From positions 1 through 16,613 of the forward strand of contig JBDREN010000048.1 in NCBI GenBank assembly GCA_043819795.1: a DNA stretch of 16,613 bases, read 5' to 3'. This stretch comes from Elusimicrobiota bacterium. Lineage in GTDB: Bacteria; Elusimicrobiota; Elusimicrobia; UBA1565. A program made the position numbers and the translations under genes. Below are positions 8,384 through 13,615 of this stretch, piece after piece. Within the stretch, counting starts at the first letter, position 1; the number at the start of each line of letters is the position of its first letter. The notes below the pieces were generated by a model. The model made no database searches, was not told the DNA's origin, and was given only the letters and a program-made list of their open reading frames with translations.

Positions 8384-9306
8384 TCGCCCCGGGATTGATC
8401 GCCGCCGTAGCGGTGTTCGTCGGCTGCTTCATCGCGGTGCCGGTCGCCCTCGGCATCCTGCAGGCGCTGGGCGTCTACACGATCGTCCGCGAGCGCGAGA
8501 GCAAGGTGTTCATGCTCTTCGGCAAGGTCGTCGGCAAGATCGACGAGCCGGGCCTGCACTTTTTGTGGGAGGAGCTGGGCTGGAAGGCGCTGATCGTCAA
8601 TCCGCTGGGCTCTGTGCGCGTCGTCGACATGCGCCTGGACCAGCAGTACCTGCGCAGCCGCCCGGTGAACTCCGAGGAGGGCGCGCCGATGGGCATCGGC
8701 GCGTGGTACGAGATGTTCGTCAGCGATCCGGTGCCGTTCCTGTTCCGCAACACGGACCCGCGCGGCTCGCTGTCCTCGAACGTCACCAGCACCGTCGTGC
8801 GTTGTCTGAGCAACATGCCGCTCGACCAGATGCTCGAGGACCGCCACCACATGAGCCAGACCGTCCGCTCGGAGGTGTCCCCCAAGTCGCACGAATGGGG
8901 CTACCAACTCGGCTCGACTTACATCCGCAAGGTCCACTTCCGCGACAAAGGCATGATCAAGCAGATCGAGGAGAAGGTCGTGAACCGTCTGCGCCAGGTC
9001 ACCTCGGCGATCAAGCAGGACGGGTCCAACCAGGTGCAGGTGATCACCTCCGCCGCCGAACGCAAGGCCGCCGTGGCCTTCGCCCAGGCCTCCGCGATCC
9101 GCCCGAACCTCGTCGGCGCCGCCCTGGGCGAGATCGGCAAGGACCCCGACATCGCCGCGGCGCTCTTCGAGATCCTAGAGATCGAGCGCCTTGGCGACGG
9201 GGAAGCGTCCCTGCTGATGGTCCCTCCGGGCAATCAGCTGCTGTGGAGCCAGCTCCTCGCGGCCAAGCAGGATCCGCCGCCCAAAGCTTCCAGCCTCTTC
9301 GGTTAA
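8380..9306 (+). CDS. SPFH/band-7 domain membrane protein (second of a pair)
   Basis: N-terminal TM, YTIVRERE...LFGKV...EPGLHFLW, VDMRLDQ, WGYQLGSTYIRKV. ATGA start/stop overlap with the upstream gene. Confidence 0.88.
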   Translation: MIAPGLIAAVAVFVGCFIAVPVALGILQALGVYTIVRERESKVFMLFGKVVGKIDEPGLHFLWEELGWKALIVNPLGSVRVVDMRLDQQYLRSRPVNSEEGAPMGIGAWYEMFVSDPVPFLFRNTDPRGSLSSNVTSTVVRCLSNMPLDQMLEDRHHMSQTVRSEVSPKSHEWGYQLGSTYIRKVHFRDKGMIKQIEEKVVNRLRQVTSAIKQDGSNQVQVITSAAERKAAVAFAQASAIRPNLVGAALGEIGKDPDIAAALFEILEIERLGDGEASLLMVPPGNQLLWSQLLAAKQDPPPKASSLFG

Positions 9307-9329
9307 AGAAGGCAGAAGCAGAAGCAGAA

Positions 9330-9356
9330 GGCGTCAGGTGTTAACTTTGTTAACTA
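9330..9356 (+). repeat. Family A repeat (GGCGTCAGG TGTTAACTT TGTTAACTA)
   Basis: Exact reverse complement of 11217-11243, and over 25 bp of 13301-13325. Confidence 0.92.
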
Positions 9357-9475
9357 ACCCGGGGTGGCCGAGCTTATAGACGCCGGCGCGGGATTTGCCT
9401 AGATAGCGGGCTAGATCCTCCCAGCGGTAGCCTTGCTCCTCCGCCGCAACGACGGCCATCTTCCTGGCGGCTGTA
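9334..9475 (-). pseudogene. 3' remnant of an HTH-tailed (DnaA-C-like) protein, probably an IS200/RAYT-like Y1 transposase
   Basis: AARKMAVVAAEEQGYRWEDLARYLGKSRAGVYKL is HTH-like and runs into repeat A, ending LVNKVNT*. No HUH domain is present, so the family assignment is inference. Confidence 0.5.
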
Positions 9476-9516
9476 TTTGGCACATAAATTGCTCCATTTG
9501 GTTCAGGGGGGCTCAT

Positions 9517-9996
9517 ATGACTAAATGGAAAACGCTCTTTCTCGGCCCCGTGGTCTACGTCGTCGGGCTCGTGCTCATGCTCGCGGCGTTGGTGTCGGCC
9601 TGGAGGCTGATGCTGTTTCTCGAGCCCTACCTGCCTTCCCTGATCGCCGCGGCCGAGGTCATAGACGACCACTGGCTCTTCTGGTTCGTAATCGCGTCCC
9701 TGCCCGCCGTGACCGCGGGCTTGCTCGCCGCGCCCCCGGAAGGACCCGGTCGCTGGGCCGCGGCCTTCGGTTCGGGACTGCTCTCGACCGCGCTCCTCGT
9801 GCTGCCGGCGGCGGCGCTGGTGTGGGTCATGCTGCCGGGCTACCTGGATCATTCCGCCGGCTCGGACACTATGATGGGCACCGCGGTCATCGGGTTTTTC
9901 GCCGCCGGGATGACCATGTCCGGTTTGGGCGGCCTATGGCGTTATAAGCGGCGTCACGCATTGAGTTCTTCGAGTTGTTTGAGTAACTCCGCCTAA
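9517..9996 (+). CDS. Hypothetical 4-TM membrane protein (159 aa)
   Basis: AGGGGG SD-like site before ATG 9517 and four hydrophobic segments. The last 15 codons are encoded by repeat B. Confidence 0.7.
   Translation: MTKWKTLFLGPVVYVVGLVLMLAALVSAWRLMLFLEPYLPSLIAAAEVIDDHWLFWFVIASLPAVTAGLLAAPPEGPGRWAAAFGSGLLSTALLVLPAAALVWVMLPGYLDHSAGSDTMMGTAVIGFFAAGMTMSGLGGLWRYKRRHALSSSSCLSNSA
9949..9993 (+). repeat. Family B repeat
   Basis: CGGCGTCACGCATTGAGTTCTTCGAGTTGTTTGAGTAACTCCGCC, 41/45 identical to 2375-2419. Confidence 0.9.
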
Positions 9997-10073
9997 CGTC
10001 TCCGGGAGGGCGCCATACTTGGCGCCACCGAATCGGCGCCGACCGGCATTCTACGACTCACCCCCCAGCAAGT

Positions 10074-10092
10074 CCCCTCTGGTTAATAAAGT
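10074..10092 (-). repeat. Headless family A fragment (CCCCTCTGGTTAATAAAGT)
   Basis: Exact 19-bp match to 13504-13522 and one mismatch to 13293-13311. Confidence 0.8.
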
Positions 10093-10110
10093 CGGAACAC
10101 ATGACGCCAT

Positions 10111-10137
10111 CTTGAAGTCACAATTTGTGACTTCAAG
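10111..10137. repeat. Perfect ORF6N-type palindrome
   Basis: CTTGAAGTCACAA-T-TTGTGACTTCAAG, 13-bp arms. Confidence 0.9.
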
Positions 10138-10401
10138 TCCCAGGGCCGCGCGGCGGTCTCCGCCCCAACTTGAAATGCCAGATTGGCGCTTTAAGTCGCG
10201 CCACTCTTCGGGCGTCAGCTGGAGCATGAAATCCGGAGGGAATCTCTCCTGGTTTCTTTTTACGGCCCGGTTCAGGGCCCCGGGCGCGACTCCGTACATG
10301 CCGGCCAGATGCCGATCCAGCAGGACTCTGCGTCCGCGTATTAGGAGGATGCGGCTCTCGATCCGCTCCACGGGGATGGGGGGTCTCGTGGGCATCTTTC
10401 C

Positions 10402-10908
10402 CTACTCCCGCATATACGAGCGGAACCCCATTCTGGTTCCGGCTTCAAGTAAATGCCGCCGGGTCTCGCTAAGCCGGGCTTGCTTGAGCCCGCGCTCAAG
10501 CTGTGCGATCTTGCGGGCCAACTCCTTATGCCCAGCAATGACCTCTCGCAGCTTAACAAAGGCCCTGACGACGAAAACGCCCACCTCGATGGCTTTGGGC
10601 GAGTTAAGGACGCTGGCCGCCATGATGGCACCGTGTTCCGTGAAGGCGAAGGGTAGGGCCTTCGCGAACTTCAGCTTCTTCAGGTGGTCGCAATTTGCGA
10701 TCACCTCGGCCTTCTCGCGGGCGGAGAGCTGAAACATGAAGTCCCCGGGGAACCGGACCCGGTTGCGCTTCACCTGCTCATTCAATCGACGCGTCGGTAC
10801 CCCATAGGCCTCCGCAAGGTCGGCGTCTATGATGACCTTTTCGCCCCGGATCAGCAAAATCCGTTGCTGAATCCCGCCGATTTTTACCAGAGCCTTTGAA
10901 GGGGCCAC
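10402..10908 (-). CDS. ORF6N-domain (KilA-N-like) DNA-binding protein
   Basis: RILLIRGEKVIIDADLAEAYGVPTRRLNEQVKRNRVRFPGDFMFQLS...VIANCDHL...LPFAFTEHGAIMAASVLNSPKAIEVGVFVVRAFVKLRE...ELARKIAQLE...RMGF. GTG 10908 is the chosen start and is uncertain. Confidence 0.88.
   Translation of the reverse strand: MAPSKALVKIGGIQQRILLIRGEKVIIDADLAEAYGVPTRRLNEQVKRNRVRFPGDFMFQLSAREKAEVIANCDHLKKLKFAKALPFAFTEHGAIMAASVLNSPKAIEVGVFVVRAFVKLREVIAGHKELARKIAQLERGLKQARLSETRRHLLEAGTRMGFRSYMRE
10682..10706. repeat. ORF6N-internal palindrome
   Basis: AGGTGGTCGCAA-T-TTGCGATCACCT, 12-bp arms with one mismatch. Encodes VIANCDH. Confidence 0.8.
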
Positions 10909-10977
10909 GTTTTCAGAATCCCTCACCGCGGCGCTCGGTGAACGCAAGCGGCATGCGGCTCGAGAGTTTGAGGGCCT

Positions 10978-11007
10978 GGAGGTGGTCACTCATTTGTGAC
11001 CACCTCC
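10978..11007. repeat. ORF6N-type palindrome upstream of the ORF6N gene
   Basis: GGAGGTGGTCAC-TCATTT-GTGACCACCTCC, 12-bp perfect arms. Arms resemble 10682-10706. Confidence 0.85.
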
Positions 11008-11061
11008 TCGCGCGCCTTCTCGGCGACCATTAGCATACGCTCATCCATCCGCCAGGTTTCT

Positions 11062-11082
11062 AAGGTGCCAATTTGGCACCTT
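11062..11082. repeat. ORF6N-type palindrome
   Basis: AAGGTGCCAA-T-TTGGCACCTT, 10-bp perfect arms. Homologous copy at 2478-2498. Confidence 0.85.
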
Positions 11083-11216
11083 TAAAGAATTATGCGCCCC
11101 GCTTGTACGAATGAGAGGCTCGATCGGTTCCCGCTGACGTCTTGCCGTTCGCGGAGGACCCGAAGATGGGATTAGATGGCTTCATGAGCCGCTGCCGGCC
11201 CGATGCCTCCAGCGAC

Positions 11217-11244
11217 TAGTTAACAAAGTTAACACCTGACGCCG
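11217..11244 (-). repeat. Family A repeat
   Basis: TAGTTAACAAAGTTAACACCTGACGCCG; 26 bp identical to 13301-13326. Confidence 0.92.
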
Positions 11245-11320
11245 GCCTAGGTCCAATAACGGCGAACAAATAGGCACTTTGGGTAATGGGAATCGGAGCG
11301 GTTTGGGGTACGATGAAGTG

Positions 11321-13273
11321 ATGCCCGCTCTTCGGCGGCTGACGGCGCTTTCTCTGTCCATTGCGCTCATCCTGGCGCAGTGCCAGGGAGCCTTCGCCGC
11401 GATCCGCGCCGTTGTCCCGGTCAAGACCGTAGGGCCGGCGGTGCCGGCGGCCGCGATAGGCGGCATCGCCGGACTCCACCTAGTCGGGACACCCAACTCT
11501 TCGATGAGGCTCGCCCGGACCCTCGCGAGCGCTCTGCCTTCCGCCGGTATCGGGCCGCGGCCGCGGGCCGTCGGGGCCCACCTTCCCGGATCCCCGGCGC
11601 TCCCGGCCGGCATCGCCGCGCGGCGCGCCGCGTCGAAGCCGCTTATTCCGGCGCATGGGCAGCAAGACGAGCGCGGTAGACCGCGCACCCCGCTTTCGGC
11701 TCTTGAGCGTCTCGCCGTCCCGGCGCGATTGGCCCTCGCGGCGCCGAATTCCTTGAGCGGGGACCAAGTCGCGCGCATGGCCGCCGTGTTCGACGGCGGC
11801 GCGCGCAATAGCGGCCGAAGCTTCACCGCCGCCCCGCCGGCCGGTCCGCGGAACGCGCCGGCGAGCCGCCTCTCGCGCCCGAGCGCCGCGGCCCGCCGCG
11901 GCCCGGCCGAGGAGGGGGCCGCGCTCGAACTCAAGGCCCCGCCTTCCAAGAAGAAGCCGCTCTCGCTCGGGAGAATCCTCAAGGAGAACCGCTTCCTGGT
12001 CGCGGCCGTCGGGGGCGCCGCCCTCGGCTTCGCGGGCGTCAACCTCGGCGCGCTTCCGGTCCTAAGCCTCACGCCCGGGCTGTTCTTCGGCGCCTTGCCC
12101 TGGCTGGCCGCTCCGTTCATCGGCCTAAACGTGTTCAAGTCCTTCTCGCACTACAGCGTCGTGAAGGAATCCCGCACTTTGCTGGGCTTCCTCGTCATCA
12201 CCACGGCGGGCCTCGTCATCTCGGCGGGCGTCACCATGTTGTTGACGGCCCTGCTGCCCGTGGTCGCCCCGGCGAAGTTCGCGGCCGCGGCCATCCCCGG
12301 CCTGGCGACCGGCGGCTTCAGCCCCATGCAGTTCATGCTCCCGATCATAGGCGCGTTCACCGGCGCGGCGCTCATCTATAAGCGCGCGCGCAACGTGAAC
12401 AACGGCTCGGCGAAGCGGGATTACGGACCCGGCTGGAAGGGGGCGCTCTTGCGCGTCTTCGACAAGGCGGCCGGGCTCGTGGTCAACGGCCGCACCGCGC
12501 CTTTCCTGGAGAAAGCCGGCGAGCTGGGCGAGAAGGGGACAGCGCTCATCAATAAGGCCTTCCCGAGGTTCATCGACATCGTGGGCATCCCCGCCGTGGC
12601 GGTGCTGCTCTCGATGACCATGGCCACGGGGGGGCTCGGCCTGCTGAACTCTTTCGGGGGGTATTACATCACCGCCCTCACGGGCATGGGCATCGGCTTC
12701 GCCGCTCTGCTGGCCGCCTACGCCGCTTTCGGCGCGCGCGCCAAGGACTTCAAGGAGATCCTCAAGGCCGCGCTGGTCGGCTTCAGCATCTCGTCGAGCA
12801 GCGCGACGATGCCCACGGAGAAGGAGGCCCTCAAGGCGATGGGCGTCTCGCGCAAGACGCGCGACACCGTGGTGCCCCTGGGCGGGGTGTTCAACATGTT
12901 CGGCACCTCGCTCTACATGGGCCTGACGGCGTTCTACGCCCTATCCATGTTCGGCGCGGCGCCGACCCTGGCGCAGTATTTCAACACCGCCCTCACGGTC
13001 CTCGTCATCGCCATGGGCGCGCCCGGCATACCCGCCTCCAACATCACCCTGCTCGACCCCGTCCTCCGCCAGACGGGCCTGCAGTCCGGGCAGATCCACA
13101 AGGTCTACACGATGATCCTCCCCGGCGACCGCATCCTGGACATGGTGCAGACCGCCCTCAACGTCCTGGGCGATATGCTCCCCGCCGTGGAGCAGGACCG
13201 CAGGCGCCTGCGCTACGTCCGCGTGAAGCGCATCCGGGAGATCCGCCGGAAGCGCGCCGAATCGGGGCGTTGA
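11321..13273 (+). CDS. Dicarboxylate/amino acid:cation symporter (DAACS/SDF family) with long Ala/Pro-rich N-terminal extension
   Basis: FSISSSSATMP (HP1), PLGGVFNMFGTSLY (NMDGT-like), GAPGIPAS (HP2), DRILDMVQTALNVLGD (TM8). Signal-like N-terminus from ATG 11321, 6 nt after TACGAT. Confidence 0.88.
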   Translation: MPALRRLTALSLSIALILAQCQGAFAAIRAVVPVKTVGPAVPAAAIGGIAGLHLVGTPNSSMRLARTLASALPSAGIGPRPRAVGAHLPGSPALPAGIAARRAASKPLIPAHGQQDERGRPRTPLSALERLAVPARLALAAPNSLSGDQVARMAAVFDGGARNSGRSFTAAPPAGPRNAPASRLSRPSAAARRGPAEEGAALELKAPPSKKKPLSLGRILKENRFLVAAVGGAALGFAGVNLGALPVLSLTPGLFFGALPWLAAPFIGLNVFKSFSHYSVVKESRTLLGFLVITTAGLVISAGVTMLLTALLPVVAPAKFAAAAIPGLATGGFSPMQFMLPIIGAFTGAALIYKRARNVNNGSAKRDYGPGWKGALLRVFDKAAGLVVNGRTAPFLEKAGELGEKGTALINKAFPRFIDIVGIPAVAVLLSMTMATGGLGLLNSFGGYYITALTGMGIGFAALLAAYAAFGARAKDFKEILKAALVGFSISSSSATMPTEKEALKAMGVSRKTRDTVVPLGGVFNMFGTSLYMGLTAFYALSMFGAAPTLAQYFNTALTVLVIAMGAPGIPASNITLLDPVLRQTGLQSGQIHKVYTMILPGDRILDMVQTALNVLGDMLPAVEQDRRRLRYVRVKRIREIRRKRAESGR

Positions 13274-13285
13274 GCCCCGGCCCCG

Positions 13286-13326
13286 GACCGGGCCCCTCTG
13301 GTTAACAAAGTTAACACCTGACGCCG
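13286..13326 (-). repeat. Family A repeat with extended inner flank
   Basis: GACCGGGCCCCTCTG-GTTAACAAAGTTAACACCTGACGCCG, starting 13 nt after the symporter stop. Confidence 0.92.
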
Positions 13327-13496
13327 CTCCTCTTGGCGCTCCGACTTGGGCTGGTCGTTCGATGGGAGCGCTTTGTATCCTTCACCCTGAAACCAAGCTT
13401 CACTCGCAGAGATTGATGCCCCGCTACCCCGATATATACGACTTACCTTCGTGTAAGTTCCCCCCGAAATCGCTTGAGTCTCGTTTTCGGGGGCTA

Positions 13497-13522
13497 GACC
13501 GGACCCCTCTGGTTAATAAAGT
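13497..13522 (-). repeat. Headless family A fragment abutting repeat C
   Basis: 24/26 identical to 13286-13311. Confidence 0.82.
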
Positions 13523-13524
13523 GG

Positions 13525-13593
13525 ATCTCAGGATTGCGGGGGCGAGGCGTGGTCAAAAGTCAAACAAGTCACAAAAGTCATAGCCTGTCACCG
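13525..13593 (-). repeat. Family C repeat (CGGTGACAGGCT + 9-nt TGACTT units on the minus strand)
   Basis: 13525-13587 is 62/63 identical to 16282-16344. Confidence 0.93.
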
Positions 13594-13615
13594 TTACCGC
13601 GGAACCCGGCGCCGC

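Larger units (their letters stand above)
10051..10395 (-). pseudogene. Truncated ORF6N-domain protein (N-terminal half)
   Basis: IESRILLIRGRRVLLDRHLAGMYGV...LNRAVKRNQERFPPDFMLQLTPEEW..LKRQSGISSWGG. The expected PYAFTEQG segment is missing and is replaced by a palindrome. Confidence 0.8.

Noticed and set aside
9311..9330. (GCAGAA)x3 microrepeat abutting repeat A
   Set aside because: It is short and not seen at the other heads, so it cannot be distinguished from slippage.
9330..13326. CRISPR array interpretation of the 25-27-bp A repeats
   Set aside because: Copies are kilobases apart and in mixed orientation, with no regular spacers and no cas genes.
13362..13583. 73-aa ORF, and the 95-aa ORF at 16053-16340, both ending GQKSNKSQKS
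   Set aside because: The shared tail is simply the translation of repeat C, and the upstream parts look non-coding.
9949..13593. Classical integron attC sites
   Set aside because: Although GTTAAC/GTTAAT resemble GTTRRRY boxes, there is no RYYYAAC...GTTRRRY pair enclosing a 55-140-bp imperfect hairpin, genes are in mixed orientation, and no intI is visible.
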